Shown here: in pieces, positions 1 through 12,415 of the stretch | Position numbering within the stretch: the stretch's first letter is position 1 | Layout: every line of letters starts with the position of its first letter | NCBI GenBank assembly: GCA_904063045.1 | Contig: CAJFCJ010000015.1 | Location: 930,001 to 994,000, forward strand | From: Dimorphilus gyrociliatus | Lineage: Eukaryota; Animalia; Annelida | Direction of reading: 5' to 3' | Length of the DNA: 64,000 nucleotides | The notes under the pieces: generated by a model | Database searches by the model: none | Told to the model about the DNA's origin: nothing | The model's input: the letters and a program-made list of their open reading frames with translations, nothing else | Position numbers and translations under genes: made by a program

Positions 1-58
1 ATAACAAAAAAAAAATCAAAGAATATCTTAATTTATTCGCTTGTATTTTCCTTTACAG

Positions 59-662
59 GGTACCGAGCCCATGCTCATAAGTCAACGAATAAAGTTCATA
101 TTATTCACTGTCAGGAAATCGAACATCCGGCTGGCGAGAACTATCCTGATTACGCTGTAGCTCGTATGTGTTTTTATTGTTCTAAATTAAATCTAAAAAT
201 CAGGATAGATCAATTTGGGCAACATATTATCTTTAATTTTTTGTTAAAACTATATGAATTACTAAATCATTTTGTACTTGTAAACATTTATAGCTGAATC
301 TTGGGCAGAGCAATTTGAAAAAGCAAAATCAGCAGGAAAGGATCTAGTTGAAAAATATGAAACAAAATTGAAAAACTATGGAATGGAAGGAAGTGTTTCA
401 GCGGAAGTTGGTAGACCAGGTGAACTGATCGTTAAGTCGGCGCACGATAATCATGCTTCGCAAATTGTAATGGGTACCAGAGGCTATGGAATAGTCAGAA
501 GAACAATTCTTGGTAAAATAATTCGATTAATTAGAGTAAAAACTTTGTGTTATAACGCAAGTGCCGTTTTTATTTACAGGAAGTGTTAGCGAATACGTAA
601 TTCATCATTCTAACGTACCAGTGACTGTCGTTCCAAAAGAAACTCAAAGTTGGTTCTTTTAA
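59..662 (+). CDS. Universal stress protein (USP-A), 5' exon outside the window
   Basis: Spliced exons 59-163, 294-512 and 580-662 give WYRAHAHKSTNKVHIIHCQE...[53 protein letters not shown]. This contains the USP G-x-R-G-x9-GSVS motif. All introns are GT-AG. Confidence 0.92.
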
Positions 663-793
663 ACGGTCTATTAATAATAAATCACCAAATACAACATTAT
701 ATTGGATAATAAATAAAACAATAATCGAAAGAGATAATTATAATATGAAAATGTCTACTTGGAGTACTAGATGTGCGATAGTGATAGTTGATG

Positions 794-2563
794 TTATTGT
801 CGACAAATGAGAACAGGACATTTGGCATGGTGAACAACATAGTCGCTGACGGATCCCATTATGGTTCGTCGAACTTTTCCCAATCCCCTAGTTCCCATAA
901 CTATCAGAGAGGCTTTCTCTTCCTCCCCAACACGTACGATCACTTCGCCTGGTTTACCTCCCTGCTCTGATCGAATTCTCCCAGATAACTACAAATGATA
1001 AAAAGAAATCAATGTAGTAATCAGTTAATTTAGTAGTCTATTTCATTTTGTAACATACACCGTTCTCGAGAATTTTCGTTTGGTATTTTTGTTCCAGCTC
1101 GATAACTTTTGCTTGCTCTTTCTTCAGAGCTTCTTCCCATCCTGACGCCGTGTAACCAACTCCTATAGAATAAAATACATTAACGGAAAACGGTTTCTAT
1201 GCCGATACAATCCTTTGCTATAAACACGGATAAGAGCGCAATAATTACATTTCCGGTTGCCTCGAGCATAGTCCTATAAATATAGGGCGGCAAGACGAAA
1301 AAAACGTATATGTCATATTCGTTTATACTTACGTTTCTTCTCCCCATCCAGTATTTCAGGAACGTGGATGAGAATCAGTTTGTAGTCTCGTTTATGGATA
1401 AACTTTAAGTACCCTGTTCTCAAAGCAAAAAGGTAGATAAATTTTCGAGATAGTCAATAAACAAACTAAATCCTGTTAACAGTTTATTCTTAAAGAGAAA
1501 AGACGAATGAAATACGATTAAGATTAAAAGGCGCCCTGCTAGTTCATTAATTAGCGATCGATAAACAAGGAATCTGGTCGGAATTCGATTGTCGTACTAT
1601 TCACGCATTAGTAGTAAAAAGAATTCCGCAAAGTGAATAAAAACTTAAGTAAGAAGTAGATTACGTTATTATTATCAAAAAAAGTGATCAGGTGTTTCAG
1701 CGTATCACGTACACTGATCATTTCAATTTAATTAAAGAAGAAAGAAGAAATATGACGTTTTTTTAATTAAGTATCACGAAAATGAGCGTTCGTTTACATG
1801 CTTGTCGACTTTAGACGTTACTATAAATGAAAAAAGCGTCAAAAACGAAATATTTGGCCAAATAATGCGAAGGAAATAATAATACAATATAAACGTTTCA
1901 CAAACAATCGGTATAAATAAACAAAGGGAGAATTAAACTCGCTGAATTATTCAAGAAGCAGACTCCCCACCAACAAACAGTTGCTGGATCGAACTTGGAA
2001 GGCAAACTATGTATAATCGACCCCTAAGGCCTATGATATAAAGAAGAAATATGGGAGGCATAGAAGAAAAGGGAGGAATTGAAAACACGGAAGAGAGAAG
2101 AGAAGAAAGGGCCGTAATATTTCTTTTACATTTTTCAAATACATGGAACAATACTTGCTCGTTCGGGTACGTCTTAAGATCATTGCTATTCTATAGATTG
2201 TAGTAACGGGATTTTTACAAAGCTAAACTACAAGGAAAAATTTCCTTTGCTCCACTCGACCTAAGATTTTTTTAGCGTGACCCTCTTTTTTCTACTCCTT
2301 CCTTCTTTATCAGGCTTAAAATGAAAGGGAAGAAATTCCCGCAACGGTCGTATAAAGATTGATATTTATCAAACGTCACGCGGATTTCGCGGTATACACC
2401 ATTTTTTGTTATTCAATAAGATAAATAAGCTACTAAGTAGCTCTACTTGATCCGGAGTTTCCTTTAATACAGTTCCAATATACTCACAATTAAAGGCTTC
2501 TTCCGCCTGTTCACTAGCATCAATTGCCAGGCAAATAGGTCCACACGGTTCGCTCACCGACAT
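794..2563 (-). CDS. Universal stress protein (USP-B)
   Basis: Exon 1 (2488-2563) encodes MSVSEPCGPICLAIDASEQAEEAFN. After a ~1.07 kb intron come WYLKFIHKRDYKLILIHVPE and WEEALKKEQAKVIELEQKY. The last exon (794-988) encodes GKPGEVIVRVGEEEKASLIVMGTRGLGKVRRTIMGSVSDYVVHHAKCPVLICRQ*. Confidence 0.9.
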
Positions 2564-2718
2564 TTCCAGAGACGCTTTGAAGAAAAAAAAGACGGCGAGA
2601 GATCAATAGCGACTACAGAGACACCTATTTATCGTTTTTCGACGTTACTTAATATAGTTGAATAAGTTCTATACAAAAAAGCAACTTTTTTTTTCTTTTG
2701 TAATCTACAACGTTTATT

Positions 2719-3411
2719 CTAATGTCTGTAAACAGCAACAGGACAATGAGCGTGATGCAGAACATAATCGCTAACCGAACCGAAAATGGTTCTTCGAACC
2801 GTTCCCATTCCCCTGGTTCCCATGACAAGCAAAGTAGCTTCGACTTCTTGCGCAGCCTTTACGATTGCTTCTGCTGGTTTACCACCATGGTTAACTGTTA
2901 CCCATTTTCCTGGAAGTCCAGCCTCTTTTAAACGTTGACTGTAGTCGTGTTCTAGTTGTTTTGAGGCAGCATTTTCCTTCTGGTACAAATTTTGCCAAAC
3001 TCCAGGGGAAAAGCTCATACTACCAGCACCTGTTTAGATAACTTTATGTGAAAATTGAGAATTATCTCTGCTCTTTAAATGTTCCTATTTCTCTGTCCAC
3101 GTTTTATATATATATTTTCGATGAGTAGCACAGTAAAAAATTGGAAGAGATAAGAGTTAAAAGTGAATAAAACTAAAAGAGGAAACCTTACTTGACATGG
3201 CCAAGCTTTCGATCTCTGGTGCGTGTAATAGGAATATGTTATTCCCTGCCCTGTGGATATGGTTCACGTACCCTTTAAACAAAAATAAACATTAGTGATT
3301 TCAACACATTTTCAACTCGAATAACTTCATCAAATAATAAATAGACTTACACGCAAATGCATCAGCAGCTTGTTCACTAGCATCAACACAGATGACTACA
3401 TTTTCCGACAT
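2719..3411 (-). CDS. Universal stress protein (USP-C)
   Basis: Three exons: MSENVVICVDASEQAADAFAW / YVNHIHRAGNNIFLLHAPE / ...GKPAEAIVKAAQEVEATLLVMGTRGMGTVRRTIFGSVSDYVLHHAHCPVAVYRH*. Confidence 0.93.
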
Positions 3412-4508
3412 GTTTTTTTTTCACCTATGAAATTGAGTAAATATTTTGCTTGAAGAGAGAAAGTCTTACGTCTGGTATTGTTAAGCAGATATCTAACCTT
3501 TTGATTAGATGGCCGATAATGTCGTTATCTTACTGAGATTTTGCACGTCTACTCGAAAAATACGAAATAGGTTATACAGTCAACAATTAACTTTTCGATT
3601 CTAGTTTTTATAAGTAGACAATTAGCAGACGACGCCACCTATAAGCCTATGTCATCAATTTGGCAGAGATATACTTTTAGCTTTGAAAAGCGTTATAAAT
3701 AAATAGAATAATTCAATTTAAACAAGTTCTATGGTTAAATTAATATTATATGCAAATAATGTTATAAAACTATAGTGTATAATTTGTATATATTACAAGT
3801 TATATTGGTAATTTCATTATAAGCTAGCCAATAATTATAGGGATACGTGAGTAGTAATTGTAGGTCATTTCAATGTTAAATCTAATCAACAAGAAATATT
3901 CTGTGTTTCATTTAAAGTTTGTTAATATGTAATTAATTACGTGTTTTCATAACAACGAATATATAATCCAAAAATATGTTACAAAAGAGTCCATTAACAA
4001 GTCAAATTAAGTCTGATCTTCATTGTTACTAATTATCTAATCGACTTTTTCTATTGAGAGAGTTTGCATTTTAGAAGCTTTGGTGCGAGGTTTATATCAA
4101 GAAAGAATGTTGATTAGATTTGTCAGATAAAGAAGATATGATAAAATAAATTTTTTTTTAAATATGTACAAACAGTCTTGTCTACATAGTTTTAACGAAG
4201 TATTGCATTCTATTCTTATTTTATCTATAACATCTCTTTCTCAAAGCTATCATCAAAAGCATCAAGAGTCTAGTCAAGCGAATCGTTGAGATATTGATTG
4301 CTCATTTTGAAAAAAATCATCGAGTAAATTCTTACGTCATTTCCCCTAATTGAAAAAAATAGGAAAATTGATTATATTATATTCCTTTAGCAGTAGATAT
4401 TCTGCATTTTATTTATAAACCCGAACCATTGTGAGAATTGTGTGTTGTAAAAAAATACTATTTTTTTAACAATAGCGAAAAGTAATAAGCAAGTAAATAT
4501 ATGGAATA

Positions 4509-4540
<32 letters not shown>

Positions 4541-4692
4541 GTAGAAATGGATAAAAAAATGAGTCAGATCAAGAGGAGAAACAGAATAGAATTATGGTAA
4601 TACAAATAGGAATAGGTGTAACCGGCACAGTAAAGGTTTTCCTTTAATGCCAACCCTTAATGCCTTATTGTAAAATGTTGGCAATTTATAGT

Positions 4693-5818
4693 TCACTGTA
4701 CAAGCACTTTCAACGAAGTTGGTGTTGTTGGGGTAGCCGGACTTGGAATGCATCCACTTTCACGACTTTCAAACATCAACTTAAAAGCCTATAATAAAGA
4801 AAGAGAAAGAAATAATAATATATAACGATTTCTTTTTTGTATACGCTTGGGACCTTTATCATTGCTGTTACCCAATTTAGAGAAGCCTTCTTATCGTTTT
4901 CGCAAATAATTAGCTTAACAAATCTTAAAGAATTATCAGCTTCTTTATAGTTTATTGCCAAACCATTCGCTGTCGTACTGCCTGTAAGTAGAGATGTAAA
5001 TAAGAGTAGATAACATTCAATGACTCTCAACAGTAATTATTAATCTGGAATTTTATTTGGGTGAGCATAGAAACTATTACCTGAAGAATCAGTTCCACAA
5101 GTTAAAATCTGAACATTATCAATAAGTGATAAATTGATCATTTCGTCTGCATTGCTATTGTTAGATTCGATCCGAATATACTTTTGATCATTTGAAAGGC
5201 GGCAAACTTGTTCGTTATCCCGATTGTCAGAAGGTGTTGAGGATGTATAGGAAACGTAAAAGCTGGCCCCTGCATTATGGCAATTTATAAAATATAATCT
5301 AATATTAAAATACATATGATGTCAAAAAATATATTAACCTTCCATTAAAAATTTCAAGTGGGTATTATAAAAAATGTTTTCTTTTTGTGTTTTCATGCCA
5401 CAAACATTGCATAATCTCACAGGATCAATAAAACACATTCTGGGTAAAGGTTCCTTTACATTCGTGCAAGAATTGCAGAAACATCGTCCACATCTTCGGC
5501 AATGATGCTATTTTTTATATTAATAGAAAAAATATATAGTAGTTTCTTAAAATATTGCAACAAGTAATAGTAATTACCCTTCGTTTAAATGTAGTAAACA
5601 GTGATTGACAATCCATACATTTTACGCACTGTTTTATCACAAAAAAAATATATTGGTGGGCTTAATTCGAGCGAAAATACAATAAATAATTGTTATCTCA
5701 CTTCATTGTCCGGTACCCATTCTGGTTCTTTCAAATGGAACGGACTGATATTTTCTTCATTTTGTTCCACTATTTTTAGTCCGCTTTTGGATCTTACAAG
5801 CTTCTTACCACTCGACAT
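4693..5818 (-). CDS. ZFYVE21: Zinc finger FYVE domain-containing protein 21
   Basis: Spliced reading: MSSGKKLVRSKSGLKIV...EPEWVPDNE / HHCRRCGRCFCNSC...RMCFIDPVRLCNVC (FYVE) / GASFYVSY...VCRLSNDQKY...VQILT / ...WVTAMIK / AFKLMFESRE...VLVQ*. It matches ZFYVE21 along its length. ORFs 5040-5315 and 4776-5030 are exon fragments of this gene. Confidence 0.9.
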
Positions 5819-6538
5819 TTGAGAAACTTTATACAGAGACGAAAAATGGGGCGGATTCCTTTTAAATTTGATAAATATTGAGTTTGGTAATAATTTTGCA
5901 GGATTTTTTTAGATTAATTAAGAAGCTTTTCACACAGCTTTCTTATTAGTATTTGAGGACGAGTACTAAATATTTTCAATATATTTGAAGGAGAGTTGTA
6001 TCTTAGGTACCTCTAAGAACTCTACGTCCAAAACAATTAAAACCTGTTGTTAGCTATACCCTTTCGATAATTTTGTAAGAGGCAGTATATAACAGGAAGT
6101 ACGTGAGAGGAAGGACAAGGTTAGAAAGATGGAAGCCATTTTGTTTATGTGAAGTCCTGTCTGAAAAATGTAAGTTTAATTTATAAAACGATTGTAGTTT
6201 GATTAAAAATTTGCTTAGAAATATTCTTAAAATTATACGTTGAATTTTTTTTTAATTTTGAGGATTTTCTCGTAAAAACACTTTATTACAGCATAAAGAT
6301 ATTTAGCAGAGGCGTACAAAGCGCGCTTTGTTACCTTGCTTTGAAATTGTAATTTTCCCAAGTATGATACAAATCAATCTCAATTTTGAAAATCTTTGTG
6401 GAAACTTTCCATATCTAAAAAATATAAGATCTCGTAAGCCATTATGTCAACTAATTAATGTATTATAGTCTCTTCACATTTATTATGACCGATTAATTTC
6501 CTTTTTGAAATGGTTTTAATAGGGCGAACTTCGAAGAG

Positions 6539-9369
6539 ATGGAAGATTTATGTGCAGTTTGTTCAAATAGGCTGGAAGAAAATCGTAAATATTAAATACT
6601 GTCTTGTGTAAATATCTTGAAACGGTCTTTTTCCTATCCAGAGAATGTTGTACCCTTATATGATACAAATGGTGAAAAGCTAGAGGCTTGCAAATGCCTG
6701 GAAGAAATACTCAATCTCCCACCGGGAACCCATCACTCATCTAATAAAGTATGCGAAATATGCTTTACTCAAATTAAAGATGCATATAAAGCTAGGGAGA
6801 ATATTGCAAATATGTATCAAAAATCCAAAGATAGTGCTGATATTGAAACGCTCTCGACAAGTTCTGTTATAGTACAAGAAGGAGATTTAATTGATATGGA
6901 AGAAGATTCTCGGGATATGATTGATATAGTTGTCGTTGAAGAGGAAGAAGATATGCATCTTGCCAGCGACGATAATGAGGACGGGAAGAGATTTAGGAAA
7001 GAAATTATTCACGAGTGGTCCTCTGATCCCAATCATCAAGTAACGAATCTTTGGAAATCAAAGAAAGTTCGAACGAAGCGATCAGCTTACACAAAGTTCA
7101 TTCAAAAATTAAAGAATTCTGTCTACAAATGTTTAAACTGCACGGAAATATTTCATAAACAAACTATTGCCTTTACCCACGTAATTTATTGCCTAAATGG
7201 CCCTAAATTCGGCTGTTCGTGTGGAGTCCTTTTAAGGAACCATTCTAATGTGAATGTTCACTTAGGAGAATGTGGAGTTAATCCTGCATTTATTTGTGAA
7301 ATTTGCAAGAAGTATTTTGCTACGGAAGCTCGTTTAACAGCCCACATGGTTATACATACAGGTTTGTTAAGTACACTTATAATACAAACATTACATTCAT
7401 TGGTTTTTATTCTATTTTTAATTAACAGTAGTAAAAGTAAAATGTAATTTAGCAAAAATAGCAAGATTTTAATATCGTCTGCTTAATATAAAAAAGAAAT
7501 TCATTATATTTTTCAGAAAACAAGCCCTTTAAATGTTCACACTGTGACAGCTCTTTTCGACATAAATCTACTCTAGATTATCACGAGAGGAGGCATAATG
7601 GTGATCAACCGTACAAGTGCCAATTTTGCTCCGAAAATTTTAGTCGACCTAATTTCTATATTGATCACATGAGACTTTATCATCCTGATGATATGCCATA
7701 CGAGTGTAAAGACTGCGGTTTAAAGTTTATGAAACAATTTGCTCTGGATAAACATTTCAATCAAAAAGAATGCGCTAGTGGGCGGAAGAAATTGGCTACT
7801 TTGGCTAGAAGAAGGGCTAAATTGGAAAGAATGAAAAACATTTCAGAGAAGGAAATGAAGAAAATTCAAAATAAGTAAATTTCAATTATTTGATTTATCT
7901 TTTCAATGCTAAACAAGGTTAATTATCCATTTTTAGAATGAAGTATGATAGAACGTATAGAAATAGAAGAAAACAAATTGTAGAAGCTAAAAAGTCCAAG
8001 ACGGAAGCAACCGAGGAAGTAGAGGAATTCAATGTCATCGAATTAATTAGTGAAAAAACGCTATATAGAATTAAAATAGCTCCGGGATTCGTTAAAAAGT
8101 ATTTCGCTGATCTTGAGAGTCAATTTAATGATGTTGTTCAAAAGGAATGTGTTATTGTTAAAACGGAAGATGGTAATGAATTATTCATTCAATCGTCTAA
8201 ATTAGATGTGAAAGCTGATAAACTGGAGTCTTATGACGCCCCGAAAGCAAATGTTAAATATTTAGATACGGAAGTTGAAGGGAACATTTTAGAAATTGGA
8301 ACAATTTCTGAGCATTTATATTCGGAAGTGGTAAGCATGGAAGTTTCCTTATCGAGAGCCGTTTTTTGTGAAATCTGTAGAAAAACCTTATTCAAGTAAG
8401 TTGAATGATTTTTCATTTTAAAGGAAGAAAAATTAAAGCTCATAGTTTAATGAATATTTTGAATTATTCTTTATCTTGAACAGAGTCCATCGACTGAACT
8501 CTCATTACGATGAATGTCATAAAGGAGAAGAAAGTGATTTTTCGAAGACAGTATTTTTTCTGGAGAAGTTAGGAAGAGAGGACGATTTACAGTTTTCTTG
8601 TTCTGTTTGTCCGGCGAAATTTGCGAACGAGTCTCTTTGCAAAGCACACATCTCATACGTCCACAATTGCTCATTATGCTCGAAATCATTTAAAAGACGT
8701 GCGGAGCTCATTCGGCACAAGGCTACTCATAGCGGATTAAACAAGAAATATCCTTGCGATCTATGTGGAAGCTTATTCAGCGATAAAAATTACTTAGAAG
8801 TTCACGCCCGAAAGCATACGAGAGAAGAGCCTTTTTCTTGTGAATTTTGTAATAAGCGATTTAAGGATCCAAATCACTTTAAATATCATATTCGTAGTCA
8901 TACCGAGCAACCAAGCAAAACGTGCAATTATTGCGGCAAAGGGTTCTATAAAGATTCTCTACTTAAAAGACATTTACTGACTCATACGGGTAAACACGCT
9001 TTTGTTTGCACAAGATGCAAGAAAGGATTCTCGGAGACTGGCCTTAAGTACCATTTATTACATTCAAAAAGTGACTGTGCTATAGCTGTAGCCAAAACAG
9101 CCGAAATAAATTCTATGAAATCTTCGACACTAGTGCAAGATATAGTCGGAAGGCCAACTGTTTCATACGATCAGGATGGAGGGGCAACTGTTACAATACA
9201 TAGACCATCGTTTGACGAAGTTTTGAATCAAAACCAGCCCATGTTATCCTCGTCACCAAATGACATTGTTGACCAAAATTCCTCATATCTACTAGGAAGA
9301 GTCGTTCAAACTGACCAGGGAGCACAACTCGTCGTTGTTAATGAAAAAGCAGATAAACTAACAGAGTAA
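6539..9369 (+). CDS. Multi-C2H2 zinc-finger protein (about 13 fingers in two blocks) with an N-terminal ZAD-like C4 domain
   Basis: Approximate exons 6539-6586, 6642-7361, 7517-7873, 7938-8394 and 8483-9369. Many CxxC...HxxxH fingers, some with TGxKP-like linkers. The N-terminus has CAVC...VCEICFTQIKDAYKAR. Confidence 0.88.
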
Positions 9370-10662
9370 CGTTTATGCTAATGTTGAGGAAGTCTTGTTT
9401 CGTCCTGTTCATTATATATATATAATCTATATTCTATTTACCTAAAATATTTAGTATTACTTATAATTCATTACTTTTCAACATCAATCAATTGCCATTT
9501 GGGTTTGAGGTACTACTAATAAAGAACTGCACGGTATAAAGAGAGCATATAGTACGAGTGGAAATGTTCTATAGCTAAAAGGCAGAGAGAATAACAAGTC
9601 CCCTCTAGAGAAGAGGATATTAAAGAGAGATAAGCATTGCATTTTGAGAAGAAAGCAGTCATAAAATTACCTTACAAAGTGGGTATTTACTGTTAATGAG
9701 GAAAGAGGGGGAAGGAGAAACGATCTCTCTCGACCAATTCGCCTTAATAAAGCCATTTTAGTCAGACTTCCTGTTGGTTTTGTAAGTTTATAGGAAATGA
9801 GACTAGTTTTTTTTTAAAAATAATAATAACTATATCTCTAAATCCAAGTTATTAATTCGCAATATCTCGCGTGTGTCTCTTTCCATAAAGGTTTTATTCT
9901 ATATTAGACTATAAAATTCCATTATTTATAACTTTTACCAGTTGTAAAACAACAATAATCTAAAAGAAATGAAAGAAGAGTAAATATATTATAAAAACAT
10001 TTTTACATCGACAAAAAAAAAGTATTCGCAATCGATATTATAATTAGAATTACCTGCTGAATTTTCCGTGCCTTAATGCACAAATTACGTCAGGAGAGTG
10101 CAAAATTACTTTCTATTGTTGTTGTTACCTCCCGTAAACATGACAAGCTTAATAAACCTATTTCTATTTATATATTTAAGTTACAGTTTGTAACTAATAT
10201 ACATACATACTATCTGTAAAGCGTTCACCATTACTCCTTTATTTATCATTGATACAAATATCTCATCATATATATATATAAAAGCAATATAGCGAGATTA
10301 TATTATAAGCTGCGAACTATTATAAGAATGAATTAATTAAAATTTTAGGCAAAAGACGTCTAAGTGTAGTAAAGAGAATAGAGTGAATACTCGACCCTCA
10401 GGTATAATGGCTAATGCTGAGAACACAGTCATACACTTCATACAAAGTCGTTAATCATTCAGCATATTTATAAATGTTCTGGTAAACCTATTTACGTTGG
10501 AAACTAAAAGACTATGTACTATGAAAATACTAACTAATTGTACGACTGTTGGCTAGTATTTTATTACCTGCAGATGTGTGATTTTGAATTCTGGCGCGCA
10601 GGAAGTGATGTAGGTGCAGCATCCCTGCATCTACAATACAATGTTAATTAAGGAAAACAGCA

Positions 10663-12316
10663 ATGAATTTTATTCCGTTCTACATTCTTATTTTTCCTAT
10701 TTTGGCACACGATAAAGATGATAGAAAATTATTAAGTGCAAATTATAAAGGAGTTGTTTGTAAGTAGAAAAAAATTTTGAAAAATTTTTGTGACGTCTCT
10801 TATTAGACGCTTTTGTTATTTGTTTTGGATTGCAACAGCATGGGCATGGTTAAATGGGTCAAAGGACGGCGGTGATTCTCCAACATCGGATTATCCTGGA
10901 TCCAGGTTTGGTTCAAATGTATTCTGGGATAAAAATACCGAAAGGGTATAAGCCATTCCTTAATTTTTTTCGATGTAACAAAATCTGCTTGATAACATAA
11001 GTTCAAAATCCCTATAGATTCTTCTTTTCGGTGGAAGAACATCGACGTCTAAATCATCGAACGATCTTTGGGCATTCTATCCAAAAACTAGTTCTTGGAA
11101 GTTAATAAAGAGGGTTGAAAACGGGGAGAAAGCTCCACAGGAACGTCGTTTTCATTCTAGCTGCGGTACAACCGATAAGACAATGGTAATATTTGGCGGT
11201 GAAAATAAAAATCAATTTCTAAATGATACATGGATTTTCAATGTATCGGAGAATGATTGGTTAGAGATAAAATCAGCAAATAGGCCTTCAAGTAGATCCG
11301 AAGCAGTAACATGGTGTACAAATGCTCAAATGTATATGTATGGAGGAATAACCGAGAATAATATTGTTCTTGATGATTTTTGGATATTTAATTTATTAAA
11401 ACTTCAATGGAATAAAGTCAATAATAATCATATACCTGGTAAACGTCATGGTTCCGCATCATGGGAGGGAAAGGATCAATGTTTATATATGTTTAGCGGC
11501 AATTCTCAAGATAATATTGACAGGAGTAGAAATTTAGGAATAGGCTTAACAAATGAAATGTGGAAATTCTGTAAAGTCGATGAAAAATGGAAGAATATAT
11601 CGAATTCTAGAGGTCATACTGGAAGAAGTAGTATTGGTGAATTTGGTAAGGAGAGTAAATTAAATTTTCCAGGAGCTAGGAAGTTAGCCGCTACTTGGAC
11701 TGATTTAAATGGAAGTTTATGGATGTTTGGCGGAGAAGGTTTAGACGATGAAAAGAATAACATTCTCTTTAAGAGAGATAAACTTTTAAGTGATATATGG
11801 AGATTCAATGCTACAAGTAATTTATGGACATTTATTGGTGGTTTCAAAGAAGGCGAAAGGCACGCTTTATACGGTCCTAAAGGTAAATCATCTATTGAAT
11901 ATCTACCTGGCCCCCGTTATGCACCTACTTTTTGGACGTATGATAATAAACTATACCTTTACGGGGGTCGTGGTCATAACGCAAAGAATGAAACAGCTAT
12001 ATTGTCAGATTTATGGAAAGCTGACTTAGTCTTCTCAAATGGAGACGTAAGGAATGAATTAAAGTTATCAAACGGTGCTATATTCATAATTTGTTTCTCT
12101 ACTGTCGCTGGTGTGGCCCTATTCGTTGGAATATTTTTCTTTCTTAAGAATCTGGCTAATATACCAAGACTAGCTCCACTACCAAGGAAAGAGAGAAGTA
12201 AGAGACGCCTTCTAAAAGATGTTAGCTATAGTCGAGTTGAAACTGAAGATCCTTTATTGAACTATACAACGGATGAAGATACCGAAGAAGAAGAGCTAAT
12301 TGAAAGAAATATATAG
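10663..12316 (+). CDS. Type I membrane Kelch-repeat (beta-propeller) protein with signal peptide
   Basis: Exons 10663-10759 (MNFIPFYILIFPILAH..., signal-like), 10839-10945 and 11018-12316 are in frame. Repeated xxFGG...ND/SDxWxF...W Kelch units. Transmembrane segment GAIFIICFSTVAGVALFVGIFFFL, then an acidic cytoplasmic tail. Confidence 0.8.
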
Positions 12317-12415
12317 ACAGAACAAAACATTGACAAACTTTGTTTATTTATTTGTTTGTTTGTTTTTTTTAAAAAAATAGCATAAAACAAAAAGAACACA
12401 AAAAAAAACAAACTG

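Noticed and set aside
1249-1273. 25-nt segment with good splice sites inside USP-B (candidate micro-exon)
   Set aside because: Including it breaks the frame. The flanking exons join in frame without it. It could be a poison exon, but nothing in the sequence supports that.
1951-2151. 66-aa ORF within USP-B intron 1
   Set aside because: It is antisense to a purine-rich tract, has no domain and has no start context.
4789-4853. Weak donors (GTCCCA in ZFYVE21, GTCTGT in the kinesin near 23357) as a special intron class
   Set aside because: They are still GT-AG with normal sizes and no U12 consensus. This is ordinary donor degeneracy.
4776-5315. ORFs 4776-5030 and 5040-5315 as novel secreted or membrane proteins
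   Set aside because: They are exon fragments of ZFYVE21. Their hydrophobic ends are translated intron sequence.
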